A stretch of DNA of 64,000 nucleotides from an uncultured Actinomycetota bacterium (GTDB lineage Bacteria > Actinomycetota > Actinomycetes > Actinomycetales > CAVURS01). The stretch covers positions 56,185 through 120,184 of the forward strand of contig CAWCEI010000013.1 of NCBI GenBank assembly GCA_963794535.1, given 5' to 3'. Positions 31,064 through 42,423 of this stretch are shown here, piece by piece. Positions within the stretch are counted from its first letter, which is position 1, and each line of letters starts with the position of its first letter. Below the pieces are notes generated by a model that searched no databases, was not told the DNA's origin, and saw only the letters and a list, made by a program, of their open reading frames with translations. The position numbers and the translations under genes are program-made.

Positions 31064-31654
31064 ATGCTGATCGCCGCTCTCGTCGTACTCGCCATCCTGA
31101 CCGTCCCGCTCTCCGGGGGCCGCTGGTCCAACCTCGCCGCGTTCCGGCCGCGCGCCACGTGGCTGCTGTGGCTGGCCCTGGGCATCCAGGTCGTGCAGTT
31201 CACCTTCCTCGACCTGGGCCGGGCCAGTGACGCGGTGCACGTCGGCACCTACCTGCTCGCGGCGGCGTTCCTGGCCGTCAACTTCCGTGTCCAGGGCGTA
31301 TGGCTGGTCGCGCTCGGTGGCTTCGCCAACGGCCTGACCATCACCCTCAACCACGGCACGCTGCCGGCCCGGGCGGCCGCCCTGCGCGCGGCCGGGCTGC
31401 GGGTCGACCGGGACGAGTTCGTCAACTCCGGGGTCATGGCGCACGCCAAGCTGCGCTGGCTCGGCGACGTCTTCTACGTGCCCAAGGGCTTCCCGCTGGC
31501 CAATGTCTTCAGCGTGGGCGACGTGCTGCTGGTCGTGGGTGCCTTCGTCGTGGTGCACTCGCTGGCCCGGCGCAGCCCGGCCGAGGCGCCCGCACCGGCC
31601 CGCGTCGGGGATGCGCCAGAATCGGCGGGTGCCACCGAGCCCGCGTCCGCCTGA
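31064..31654 (+). CDS. DUF5317 family membrane protein
   Basis: Intact 196-aa ORF with 4-5 TM segments. The motifs [14 protein letters not shown] and [24 protein letters not shown] match DUF5317 as I recall the family. Confidence 0.6.
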   Translation: MLIAALVVLAILTVPLSGGRWSNLAAFRPRATWLLWLALGIQVVQFTFLDLGRASDAVHVGTYLLAAAFLAVNFRVQGVWLVALGGFANGLTITLNHGTLPARAAALRAAGLRVDRDEFVNSGVMAHAKLRWLGDVFYVPKGFPLANVFSVGDVLLVVGAFVVVHSLARRSPAEAPAPARVGDAPESAGATEPASA

Positions 31655-32859
31655 CGCACCTCAGCCCGCCCACCCGCGACGGGTGGCGCTGCTCGGCTCG
31701 ACCGGCTCGGTCGGCCAGCAGGCGATCGACGTCGTTCTCGCGGCACCGGACCGGTTCGAGATCGTGGCCCTTTCGGCCGGCGGCTCGGACCCCAAAGTCC
31801 TTGCGGCGCAGGCGGTTCGACTCGGCGTACCGGTCGTCGGTGTGGCTCGGGAGTCGGCGGTCGAGCCGCTGCGGGCCGCTCTCGCCGACGCGCTGACCGC
31901 GGCCGGCTCCTCCGGGCGGTCGCTGCCCGAGGTCGTGGCCGGACCGGACGCCGCCACCGAGCTGGCCCGGGTCGACTGCGACATCGTCCTCAACGCGATC
32001 ACCGGGTCGGTCGGCCTGGCGCCCACGCTGGCGGCGCTCGGCGCCGGGCGGCTGCTCGCGCTGGCCAACAAGGAGTCGCTCATCGTCGGGGGGTCCCTGG
32101 TGACGGCCGCGGCGGCGCCGGGCCAGATCGTGCCGGTCGACTCCGAGCACTCGGCGCTGGCCCAGTGCCTGCGCGGGGGCAGTCCTGACGAGGTGCGCCG
32201 GCTGGTCCTCACGGCCAGCGGTGGGCCGTTCCGCGGTCGCACCCGCGAGTCGCTCGCCGGCGTCACGCCCCAACAGGCCCTGGCCCACCCGACCTGGGAC
32301 ATGGGTCCGGTGATCACGACCAACTCCGCCACCTTGGTCAACAAGGGGCTGGAGGTGATCGAGGCGCACCTGCTCTTCGGCATCGGCTTCGACCGGATCG
32401 ACGTCGTGGTGCACCCGCAGTCGATCGTGCACTCGATGGTCGAGTTCACCGACGGGTCGACCCTGGCCCAGTGCTCGCCGCCGGACATGCGGCTGCCGAT
32501 CGCGCTGGCCCTCGGCTGGCCGGACCGGGTGCCCGGCGCGGCCGCCGGCTGCGACTGGACGACGGCCTCGACCTGGGAGTTCCTGCCGCTGGACGACGCG
32601 GCGTTCCCGGCGGTGCGGCTGGCCCGGGAGGTCGGGGCCGCCGGGCGGACCTATCCGGCGGTCTACAACGCGGCCAACGAGGAGTGCGTGGCGGCCTTCC
32701 ACGCCGGGCGGCTGCCCTTCCTCGGCATCGTCGACACCGTGGCGGCCGTCGTCGCCGAGCACGAGGCGCCGGCCGGCGAGCTGACCCTGGACGGCCGTGC
32801 TGGCCGCCGAGACCTGGGCGCGGGGCCAGGTGGCAACCCGACTGGCGGGCATCGCCTGA
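31611..32859 (+). CDS. dxr: 1-deoxy-D-xylulose-5-phosphate reductoisomerase; one apparent frameshift near 32797
   Basis: [35 protein letters not shown] and [10 protein letters not shown] motifs. After ..ELTLDG the true tail [20 protein letters not shown]-stop (32857-32859) is in another frame; as sequenced the ORF reads through into rseP. The start (ATG 31611 or GTG 31629) is uncertain. Confidence 0.85.
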
Positions 32860-32885
32860 GCCGCTCGGCGTGTGACCATGGAGGG

Positions 32886-34232
32886 GTGACAGCACTGCTC
32901 TACGTGCTCGGCATCCTGGCGTTCGCCGCGGCCATCGCGGTCTCGATCGGGCTGCACGAGATCGGCCACCTCGTGCCGGCCAAGCGGTTCGGCGTCCGGG
33001 TGACGCAGTACATGATCGGGTTCGGCCCCACCCTGTGGTCGCGTCAGCGCGGCGAGACCGAGTACGGCGTCAAGGCGATCCCGCTCGGCGGCTACATCCG
33101 GATGATCGGCATGTTCCCGCCCAAGCGCGGTGAGGACCCGCGGTTCGTGCGCCGGGCCTCGACCGGCCGGATGTCGCTGCTGGCCGACCAGGCCCGCACC
33201 CAGTCGATGGAGGAGCTCCAGCCAGGCGACGAGCGCCGGGTCTTCTACAAGCTGTCGGTGCCCAAGAAGGTCGTCGTGATGATGGGCGGCCCGACGATGA
33301 ACCTGGTCATCGCCGCCGTGCTGCTCACGATCACCACCACGCTCCTCGGCGTGCCGACCGCGACGACGACCCTCGGCACGGTCAGCGACTGCGTGCTGCC
33401 GGCGAGCTCGGCCGCCAGACGCGACCTGCCAGCCGAGCGACCCCAAGGCTCCGGCGTCCGCAGCCGGGCTGAAGCCCGGCGACCGGATCGTGTCCTACAA
33501 CGGCGTCCCGGTCACCAGCTGGGACCAGCTGCACGACGCGATCCGGGTCAGCAGTGGCATGGCCGTGCCGATCGTCGTACGCCGCGGGGGCCAGGACGTC
33601 GCGCTGCAGATCACTCCGCTCGCTCACCGAGCGGCCCGTCGTCGACAGCCGGGGCAACGTCGAGAAGACCGCCACCGGCGCGGTCGCGGACCGAGCAGGT
33701 CGGCTTCCTCGGCGTCTCGCCGACCCAGGACCTCGAGCGGCAGTCGGTCACGACCGTGCCCGGGGTCATCTGGCAGGGGCTGAGCGGCACGGCCTCGGTC
33801 GTCCTGCGGATCCCGCAGAAGATGGTGGGCGTCGCCCAGGCGGCGTTCGGCTCGGGCGAGCGCGACCCCAACGGCCCGGTGAGCATCGTCGGCGTCGGCC
33901 GGATCACCGGCGAGGCGACCAGCAACGCGCCGGACTCCGGCTACGGCTTCCGCGGCTGGCTGATCTTCTTCTTCGGCGTCATCGCCGCGCTCAACATCGC
34001 GCTGTTCGTCTTCAACCTGATCCCGTTGCTGCCGCTGGACGGCGGGCACGTCGCGGGCGCGCTCTGGGAGGGGCTGCGGCGCACGGTCGCCCGGGTCCGG
34101 CACCGGGCCGACCCCGGCCCGACCGACGTCGCGCGGCTGCTGCCGATCGCGTACGCCGCGAGCGCCGTGCTGATCCTGATGTCGGTGCTGCTGATCTACG
34201 CCGACCTCGTCAACCCGATCAAGCTCGGCTGA
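32886..34232 (+). CDS. Site-2 (M50) zinc metalloprotease, RseP/Rip1-like; about 3 apparent frameshifts
   Basis: GTG follows GGAGGGG. It has the HExxH motif [11 protein letters not shown], a PDZ segment ([22 protein letters not shown]) in another frame, and the C-terminal [12 protein letters not shown] motif. Confidence 0.8.
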   Translation: MTALLYVLGILAFAAAIAVSIGLHEIGHLVPAKRFGVRVTQYMIGFGPTLWSRQRGETEYGVKAIPLGGYIRMIGMFPPKRGEDPRFVRRASTGRMSLLADQARTQSMEELQPGDERRVFYKLSVPKKVVVMMGGPTMNLVIAAVLLTITTTLLGVPTATTTLGTVSDCVLPASSAARRDLPAERPQGSGVRSRAEARRPDRVLQRRPGHQLGPAARRDPGQQWHGRADRRTPRGPGRRAADHSARSPSGPSSTAGATSRRPPPARSRTEQVGFLGVSPTQDLERQSVTTVPGVIWQGLSGTASVVLRIPQKMVGVAQAAFGSGERDPNGPVSIVGVGRITGEATSNAPDSGYGFRGWLIFFFGVIAALNIALFVFNLIPLLPLDGGHVAGALWEGLRRTVARVRHRADPGPTDVARLLPIAYAASAVLILMSVLLIYADLVNPIKLG

Positions 34233-34248
34233 GCGGATACTTGACGCT

Positions 34249-35425
34249 GTGACCTCCGCGCAGACCAGTGTGCCCATCAGCCTCGGCATGCCCGAGGCGC
34301 CGCCGCCGGTGCTCGCACCGCGGCGTACCTACCCGCAAGATCCCGTCGGCAAGGTCGTCGTCGGCGGCGACGCGCCGGTCAGCGTCCAGTCGATGTGCAC
34401 GACGCCGACCACGGACGTCAACGCGACGCTTGCAGCAGATCGCCGAGCTGACGGCCACCGGGTGCGACATCGTCCGCGTGGCCTGCCCGACCCAGGACGA
34501 CGCCGACGCGCTGGCGGAGATCGCCACCCACAGCCAGATCCCGGTGATCGCCGACATCCACTTCCAGCCGAAGTACGTGTTCGCGGCGATCGACGCGGGC
34601 TGCGCCGCGGTGCGGGTCAACCCGGGCAACATCCGGGCCTTCGACGACCAGGTGAAGCAGATCGCGGCTGCGGCGTCCGACGCGGGGGTGTCGATCCGGA
34701 TCGGCGTCAACGCCGGCTCGCTGGACAAGCGGATCCTGCAGAAGTACGGCAAGGCCACGCCCGAGGCGCTGGTCGAGTCGGCGGTCTGGGAGGCATCGCT
34801 GTTCGAGGAGCACGGCTTCCGCGACTTCAAGATCTCGGTGAAGCACAACGACCCGGTCGTGATGGTGCGGGCCTACGAGCTGCTGGCCGAGCGAGGGGAC
34901 TGGCCGCTGCACCTCGGCGTCACCGAGGCCGGGCCGGCCTTCCAGGGCACGATCAAGTCGGCCACGGCCTTCGGTGCGTTGCTGTCCAAGGGCATCGGCG
35001 ACACGATCCGGGTCTCGCTCTCGGCGCCGCCGGTCGAGGAGGTCAAGGTCGGCATCCAGATCCTGCAGTCGCTCAACCTGCGGCCGCGCAAGCTCGAGAT
35101 CGTGTCCTGCCCGTCGTGCGGCCGGGCCCAGGTCGACGTCTACACGCTGGCCGAGCAGGTGACGGCCGGGCTCGAGGGCCTCGAGGTGCCGCTGCGGGTC
35201 GCCGTCATGGGCTGCGTCGTCAACGGGCCCGGCGAGGCGCGCGAGGCCGACCTCGGGGTCGCGTCCGGCAACGGCAAGGGCCAGATCTTCGTCAAGGGCG
35301 AGGTCATCAAGACCGTGCCCGAGGCGCTGATCGTCGAGACCCTGATCGAGGAGGCGATGCGGATCGCCGAGTCGATGGAGCGCACGCCGAGCGGCGGGGG
35401 CGCCCCGACCGTCTCGGTCAGCTGA
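34249..35425 (+). CDS. ispG: 4-hydroxy-3-methylbut-2-en-1-yl diphosphate synthase; one apparent frameshift near 34433
   Basis: The N-terminus (..[24 protein letters not shown]) is in ORF 34249.. and the rest ([41 protein letters not shown]) is in ORF 34268..35425. Confidence 0.85.
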
Positions 35426-35473
35426 CCGCGCGCCGGGCTCGACGTGCTCGCGTGAAGGCGTCAGGCTGAGCCC

Positions 35474-36341
35474 GTGCTGCGGACCTCCACTGCCGCCAGG
35501 GTGCTGACCTCGGCCGACCGCGACGCCGCCCTCGCCGTGTGCGAGCGGGACCCGGTCGCCAACGCCTTCGTCGCCTCCCGGCTGCTGGAGCAGCGCGCCT
35601 TCACGTCGGCCGGCGGCGAGGTGTGGGGCTACGCCGAGCGGGGCGAGCTGGTCTCGCTGTGCTGGGCCGGCGCCAACCTGGTGCCGGTCGAGGCGACCGG
35701 CGCCGGCGCTGGACGTCTTCGCCGCGCGGGCCCGCCGGATCGGCCGGCGGTGCTCCTCGATCCTCGGGCCCGGCCGACTGCGGTGCTCGGGCTGTGGGAG
35801 CGGCTGGAGCGGCCGTGGTGGCCGGCCCGCGAGGTGCGGGCGGACCAGCCGCTGCTGGTCCTCGACGGCCGACCCGCTGGTCGGCGCCGGACCCGCTGGT
35901 GCGCCGGGCCCGCCCGGCCGAGACCGACCTCGTCGTACCGGCGTCGGCGGCGATGTTCCAGGAGGAGATCGGCTTCTCGCCCGATCGGCCGCGACGGCGG
36001 TGCGTCGTACCGAGCGTCGGTGTCCCAGCTGGTGCTGGCCGGGCGGACCTTCGTGCGGGTCGGACCCGGACGGGCCCGGGCGGCCCGAGGTCGTGTTCAA
36101 GGCCGACCTGGCGTCGGTGACGCCACGGCGTCGCCCAGATCCAGGGTGTCTGGCTGGCGCCCGCGGCTGCGCGGTCAGGGCCTGGCGGCCGCCGCGATGG
36201 CCGCGGTGTGCGTTGCGACCCGGGCCGAGATCGCGCCGGTCGTCTCGCTCTACGTCAACGCCTACAACGCGCCGGCGCTCGGCGGCCTACCGGCGGGTCG
36301 GCTTCCGGCAGGTCGGCACCTTCGCCACCGTCCTGTTCTGA
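35474..36341 (+). CDS. GNAT-family acetyltransferase-like protein commonly found next to ispG; about 5 apparent frameshifts
   Basis: The N-terminus reads [36 protein letters not shown], and the C-terminal piece reads [32 protein letters not shown] (stop 36339-36341). The intervening pieces are scattered over three frames. Confidence 0.55.
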
Positions 36342-37312
36342 CCCCTGCTGCGGCACCCGCCGACGAACTGGTCCAAGGTGGCCGCTCAGGCGGATCGAGC
36401 GCGGTCGAGGCCGGTTGGGCCAGTTGGCCGGCGCGTCGGGGACCGGAGCCGGAGCGCGCCCGGACGATGTCCAGCACCCACTCCGGCTCGAACATCACCT
36501 GCTCCCAGGCGAACCGGAGGACCAGCCAGCCCCGCACGACCAGCTCGTCGTAGCGGCGGCAGTCCCGCACCAGGGCGGCGCGGTAGCCGTGGTGCTCGAA
36601 GCTGTCCGCCTCCAGCACGATCCGGTGCAGCGGGTCACCCAGGTCGACCCGGGCGCGAGAAGCCGTCGTCGGCGATCATGCAGCTGGGGCGTGAAGCAGC
36701 GGATCCGGTGCTCGAGGAGGGTCGCCCGCAGCACCGACTCGAGCCCACTCGCCGCCCGGCCGTCGGCCGCCTGCGCCACGCGGACGGCGCGCGGCGCCGG
36801 CCCGCTCCGGCGACGTTCGGCCGCCCCGGCGCAGCTCGACCGGCCGACCAGCCCAGTCGCAACGCTGAGTCGGCGATGGCCAGGGCCTCGGGAACGGCAG
36901 GGTTCGCGCGCAGTCGAGCACGGTCCGCAGCGGGCGAGGTGACGCCGTCGACGACCTCGTGCTCGGCCAGGTCGACCCAGTGCACGGTGGCGCCGGTCCG
37001 ACGACGGTTGCGGTGCGGCGGCACGGTGACGTGGGGCGTCCGGTCGCGGCTGACGACGGTCGAGCCCCAGCAGCCGGGCCGCGCTGGCGTGCGAGACGAC
37101 GCCCCGCGAGCCGGGCCGCGGTGAGCCGTGGGTCGGGCAGGCTCGGGCAGGGCGTAGTGCCCGCGGGCCACGCGGAGGATCTGGCCGCCGGCGACGGCCG
37201 CTGCGCAGCCGGCGGCGGCCGCAGACGCCGACGAGCTCCCGCGCGCGGCGCCGTGTGCCCGAGTCGAGCCAGCACGTCGGCTGGAGTCGGGGCGCGGGAT
37301 GGCATCGGCCAA
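36262..37312 (-). CDS. DUF559 (endonuclease-like) domain protein with AbiEi-like N-terminal region; several apparent frameshifts, ends uncertain
   Basis: The C-terminal piece [51 protein letters not shown] is the DUF559 signature. The upstream pieces (..[12 protein letters not shown].., ..[32 protein letters not shown]..) lie in other frames. Confidence 0.5.
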
Positions 37313-37577
37313 CCCTGGCCCACGGCCGAGACGGTCGCGTCGCCTCGGGCATCCACAGCCGCACCGGCGGACTGTTCCGATGACCGTCAGAGCGGCGTAG
37401 GGCTGGTCTCAGGGCCGCTCGGGACCAGTCTGGCCGGGTACCGGCGGTCGGGCCGGCGAGCGGGTGGGCGGGGGAGAAGTCGGGTGAAGGCGGGGCGCGC
37501 GCCTGGCCTAGGCTCGGGACGCACCCAGACCCCAGCCAAACCGGCCGAGCCCGACACTGAAGCCCGAGGAGACCGCC

Positions 37578-39347
37578 GTGCCCCTTCGCATGTCCACCCT
37601 GTTCCTGCGCACCCTGCGTGAGGACCCGGCGGACGCCGAGGTGCCGAGCCACCGGCTGCTGGTCCGCGGCGGCTACGTCCGGCGGGTGTCGCCCGGCATC
37701 TACACCTGGCTGCCGCTCGGGCTGCGCGTGCTGCGCCGGGTCGAGGCCATCGTGCGCGAGGAGATGGACGCGGCCGGCGCCCAGGAGCTGCTCTTCCCGG
37801 CGCTGCTGCCCCGCGAGCCCTACGAGGCGAGCGGCCGGTGGGCCGAGTACGGCGACAACGTCTTCCGGCTCAAGGACCGCAAGGGCAACGACTACCTGCT
37901 CGGCCCGACCCACGAGGAGATGTTCACCCTCGCGGTCAAGGACCTGTTCTCCTCGTACAAGGACCTGCCGCTGTCGATCTACCAGATCCAGACCAAGTAC
38001 CGCGACGAGGCGCGGCCGCGCGCCGGCATCCTGCGCGGGCCGTGAGTTCGTCATGAAGGACTCGCTACTCCTTCGACATCTCCGACGAGGCGTTCCCGGC
38101 GTCGTACGCGCTGCACCGCAACGCCTACATCCGGATCTTCGAGCGGCTCGGGCTGGACTACGTCATCGTCGCGGCGATGTCCGGCGCGATGGGCGGCTCG
38201 GCCAGCGAGGAGTTCCTGGCCACGGCGGAGTACGGCGAGGACACCTACGTCCGCTGCACCAACTGCGACTACGCGGCCAACGTCGAGGCCGTCCGGGTGC
38301 CCGTGCCGCCGGTCGTCGACGCCACTGGCGTGCCGGCGGCCCACGCCGAGGACACCCCGGACACCCCGACCATCGCGACCCTCGTCGACCACCTGAACGC
38401 GCACTTCCCGCGCCCGGACCGGCCCTGGGAGGCCGACGACACGTTGAAGAACGTCGATCGTGATGGTCCGCCATCCCGACGGCCATCGCGAGCCGCTCGC
38501 GATCGGCGTGCCCGGTGGCCGCGAGGTCGACGAGAAGCGGCTCCAGGCCCAGCTCGAGCCGGCGGTGCTGGAGCCGTTCACCGAGGACGACTTCGCCGCG
38601 CACCCGATGCTGACCAAGGGCTACATCGGTCCGGGGGTGCTGGGCGAGAAGCAGCCGAGCGGCATCCGGTTCGTCGTCGACCCGCGCGTCGTCGACGGCA
38701 CCCGCTGGGTCACCGGCGCCGACCAGCCCGGCCGGCACGTCCTCGACCTCGTCGCCGGCCGCGACTTCACCCCCGACGGCACGATCGAGGCGGCCGAGGT
38801 CCGCGACGGTGACCCCTGCCCGGTGGACGGCGCTCCGCTGGACGCCGCCCGCGGCATCGAGATGGGCCACATCTTCCAGCTCGGCCGCAAGTACGCCGAC
38901 GCCCTCGGCCTCAAGGTCCTCGACCAGAACGGCAAGCAGGTCGTCGTCACGATGGGGTCCTACGGCATCGGGCGTCTCGCGGGCCGTCGCCGCCGTCGCC
39001 GAGCAGACCCTCGACGACATCGGGCTGTGCTGGCCGCGCTCGATCGCCCCGGCCGACGTCCACCTGGTCGCGACCGGCAAGGACGACGCGGTCTTCGAGG
39101 CGGCCGAGCAGCTCGTCGCCGACCTCGAGGCGCAGGGCGTGACCGTGCTGTACGACGACCGCCGCGGGCGTCAGCCCGGGCGTGAAGTTCAAGGACGCCG
39201 AGCTGCTCGGCATGCCGACGATCGTCGTCGTCGGGCGCAGCCTGGCCGACGGCGTCGTCGAGGTGCGCGAGCGGCGGACCGGCGAGCGGGTCGAGGTGCC
39301 GGTCGCCGACGTGGTCGCGCGAGGTCGTGGCGCAGGTCCGCAGTTGA
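37578..39347 (+). CDS. proS: Proline--tRNA ligase; about 6 apparent frameshifts
   Basis: [62 protein letters not shown] is followed by REFVMKD, the editing-domain region, [15 protein letters not shown] and MGSYGIG. The C-terminal [17 protein letters not shown] is spread over three frames. The stop is at 39345-39347. Confidence 0.85.
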
Positions 39348-40093
39348 CGCGGCCCGGCCGTACGCCGCGGTCGTCTTCGACTGGGGCGGCACGCTGACGC
39401 CCTGGCACACGATCGACTTCGCCGACCCAGTGGGACGCCTATGCCCGCGCGGCACGCGAGCGCGAGCCGGCCGCACCGAGGCCGAGGCGGCCGAGCTGGC
39501 CGGGCGGATCCTCGAGCTCGAGCGGGAGGCCTGGCTGCGGCTGCGCGGCGACGGCGGGCAGCGCGCGGATCGAGGAGATCCTGGCCGAGGCCGGGATCGG
39601 TGTCCGACGACCCGGCGCACCCGGCGGCGCTGGCGGCGTACCAGGAGTTCTGGGAGCCGCACACGCTAGACCGACCCCGACGTCCGCCCCTGTGGGAAGG
39701 CTTGCGGGACAGGGGGATTCGGGTCGGAGTGCTGAGCAACACGATCTGGACCCGGGCCTATCACGAGTCGGTGTTCGCGCGGGACGGCGTGCTGGACCTG
39801 CTCGACGGCGCGGTCTACAGCTCGGAGATCGAGCGGGCCAAGCCGCACCCGGAGGCGTTCCGCGCCGCGCTGGACGCCGTGGGGGTCGACGACCCGGCGA
39901 CGGCGGTCTACGTCGGCGACCGGGCCTACGAGGACGTGCACGGCGCCCAGCAGGCCGGCCTGCGGGCGGTCCTGGTGCCGCACTCGGACATCCCCGCCGA
40001 CCAGCAGGTGCCGGTCGACGTCGAGCCGGACGCCGTGGCCCACCGCCTGCTCGACCTGCTCGACATCGTCGACGCGCTGGAACCGAGCGCTGA
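39343..40093 (+). CDS. HAD-superfamily hydrolase; several apparent frameshifts, both ends approximate
   Basis: HAD motif [10 protein letters not shown], then VGVLSNT, and motif [25 protein letters not shown]. No clean start or stop codon exists in the sequence as given. Confidence 0.55.
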
Positions 40094-40905
40094 GCGCGCT
40101 CGCCGGCGGCGGCGACGCACTCGCTCGACCTGCCCGCCGGGCCGCACCCTGGCCCTGCTGCTGGTCGCGGCCTTCGCTGGCCGGCTACCTCGACGCGGTC
40201 GTCGGCGGCGGCGGGCTGATCCAGCTGCCGATGCTGCTGCTGCTGCTGCCCGCTGCCGCGCCGATCCAGATCCTCGCGACCAACAAGCTCTCCTCGATCT
40301 GCGGCACGGTCACGAGCGCGGTGACCTACGGCCGCCGGGTCCGGCCCGAGCTGCGGACGGCCCTGCCGCTGGCCGTGCTCGCCCTGGCCGGCGCGGTCGG
40401 CGGTGCGCTGAGCGCGAAGCTGGTCTCGAAGGAGTCGTTCCGCGAGGTCGTGCTGCTCGCCCTGGTCGATCGTGGCGACGGTGATCTTCCTGCGGCCGGC
40501 CCTCGGCCTCGCGCCCGCGCCGCGGTTCCACGGCCACCGGCACGTCCTCGCGGCCGGGGCCAGTGGACTGGTGATCGGCTGTACGACGGCGCGATCGGCC
40601 CGGGCACCGGGACCTTCCTGGTCTTCGCCCTGGTCGGCCTGCTCGGCCTGGACTTCCTGGCGGCCAGCGCCTCGGCGAAGATCGGCAACGCCGCGACCAA
40701 CCTGGGCGCGCTGCTCGTCTTCGTGCCGGCGGGGGCCGCGCTGTGGCGGTTGGGCCTGCGATGGGCGCCTGCAACGTCGTGCGGCGGTTTCCTCGGCGCC
40801 CGTACGGCGCTGGCCCGCGGCAGCCGGTTCGTCCGGATCGTCTTCCTCGTCGTCGCCTCGGCGCTGATCCTGCGGCTGGGGCTGCAGGTCGCCCGCGACC
40901 ATTGA
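40094..40905 (+). CDS. TSUP (TauE/SafE) family membrane transporter; several apparent frameshifts, start approximate
   Basis: The pieces are ..AGYLDAVVGGGGLIQLPMLLLLLP.., ILATNKLSSICGTVTSAVTYGRR, YDGAIGPGTGTFLVFALVGLLGLDFL and KIGNAATNLGALLVF. The stop is at 40903-40905. Confidence 0.6.
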
Positions 40906-40930
40906 GGTGGTCGCCCGCGACCATTGAGCT
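40887..40930. repeat. 22-bp tandem duplication spanning the TSUP stop codon
   Basis: GGTCGCCCGCGACCATTGAGGT is followed by GGTCGCCCGCGACCATTGAGCT (21/22 identical). Each unit contains the near-palindrome GGTCGC-CC-GCGACC. Confidence 0.9.
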
Positions 40931-40961
40931 GCTCGGCTACGCCCCGGAGTAGGTTGCGCCC

Positions 40962-42305
40962 GTGCCAGCGCTCGACCTGACCATCCGGGCCCGTCGGATC
41001 GTCCTGCCCGATGGCGAGCGGGCCGGAGCGGTCGTCGTCCGCGACGGCGTCATCGCCGAGGTCCTGGACGAGGCCGCCGCCGCTGCCTATCCACCGTCGG
41101 GCGAGGTCCTCGACGTCCCCGACGACTGCGTCCTGATGCCCGGCCTGGTCGACAGCCACGTCCACGTCAACGAGCCGGGTCGCACCGAGTGGGAGGGCTT
41201 CGCGACCGCGACCGCGGCCGCGGCCGCGGGCGGCGTCACGACCATCGTGGACATGCCGCTCAACTCCATCCCGCCGACGGTCGACGTCGCCGCCCTCGAG
41301 GCGAAGCGGGCGGCCGCGGCCGGCCAGTGCGCTGTGGATGTGGCGTTCTGGGGTGGCGCCGTGCCGGGCAACGTCGACGACCTCGAGCCGCTGCACGAGG
41401 CCGGCGTCGTGGGCTTCAAGTGCTTCCTGCTGCCGTCCGGGTGTCGACGAGTTCCCGCCGCTCGACGCCGAGCAGCTGCGCGCGGCCATGCGCCGGATCG
41501 CGTCGTTCGGCGGCCTGCTGATCGCCCACGCCGAGGACGGCGCGCTGATCGACTCGCGTCGCGGCCCACGACATCGGGACGACCTACGGCAGCTTCCTCG
41601 CCTCCCGGCCGCCGGCGGCGGAGACGACGGCGATCGACCACCTGCTGCAGGCGACCCGCGAGACCGGCTGCCGCACGCACATCGTGCACCTGTCCGCGGC
41701 CTCGGCCGTCCCGGAGGTGGTCGCCGCCAAGGCCGAGGGCCTGCCGCTGACCGTCGAGACCTGCCCGCACTACCTGACGCTGGCGGCGGAGCAGATCCCC
41801 GACGGCGCGACCCAGTTCAAGTGCTGCCCGCCGATCCGCGAGGAGAGCAACCGCGAGCAGCTGTGGGCGGCTCTGACCGACGGCGTCATCGACTGCGTCG
41901 TCTCCGACCACTCGCCCTGCCCGGTGCCGATGAAGCGGCTGGACGTCGGCGACTTCGGCCTCGCCTGGGGCGGCATCGCCTCCGTGCAGCTGGCCCTGCC
42001 GGCGATGTGGACCGAGGCGTCCGCGCGAGGTCTGTCCCTGGGCGACATCTGCCGGTGGATGGGCACCGCGCCCGGCCGAGCTGGTCGGGCTGGCCGGTCG
42101 CGGTGCGATCGCGCCGGGCTACCGGGCCGACCTCGTGGTCTTCGCACCGGACGACACGTTCGTGGTCGACCCGGCGACGCTGCGCCACCGCAACCCGATC
42201 ACCGCGTACGGCGGCCGGACGCTGCGCGGCGTCGTGCGCCAGACCCTGCTGGCGGGTGTCCCGGTCGAGCCCGGTGCGCCGCGCGGCGAGCTGATCCGCC
42301 CCTGA
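40962..42305 (+). CDS. allB: Allantoinase (cyclic amidohydrolase); about 4 apparent frameshifts
   Basis: The metal-binding motif is [21 protein letters not shown], followed by [12 protein letters not shown] and FKCFL. Later pieces read [15 protein letters not shown] and VVSDHSPC. The tail reads ..[18 protein letters not shown], with its stop at 42303-42305. Confidence 0.75.
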
Positions 42306-42423
42306 TCCGGCCCTGGTCCACCGGTCATCTGCCGCTGGCCGTCGCGCCCCCGCCGACGGCTAGGCTGCTCGTGCTCCGGGGCAGTCATTGCAGGGAACGT
42401 CGCGCAGATGGGAGCGCTGCACC

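Noticed and set aside
28831-31248. 805-aa minus-strand ORF opposite the GGDEF-EAL gene. The same applies to 48475..50985 (836 aa, opposite infB), 31509..33446, 34418..36100, 26726..28303, 43840..45321 and 10449..11897.
   Set aside because: All of these are antisense to genes with clear catalytic motifs. They have low-complexity R/G/P/D-rich translations and no start context. They are treated as GC-driven shadow ORFs.
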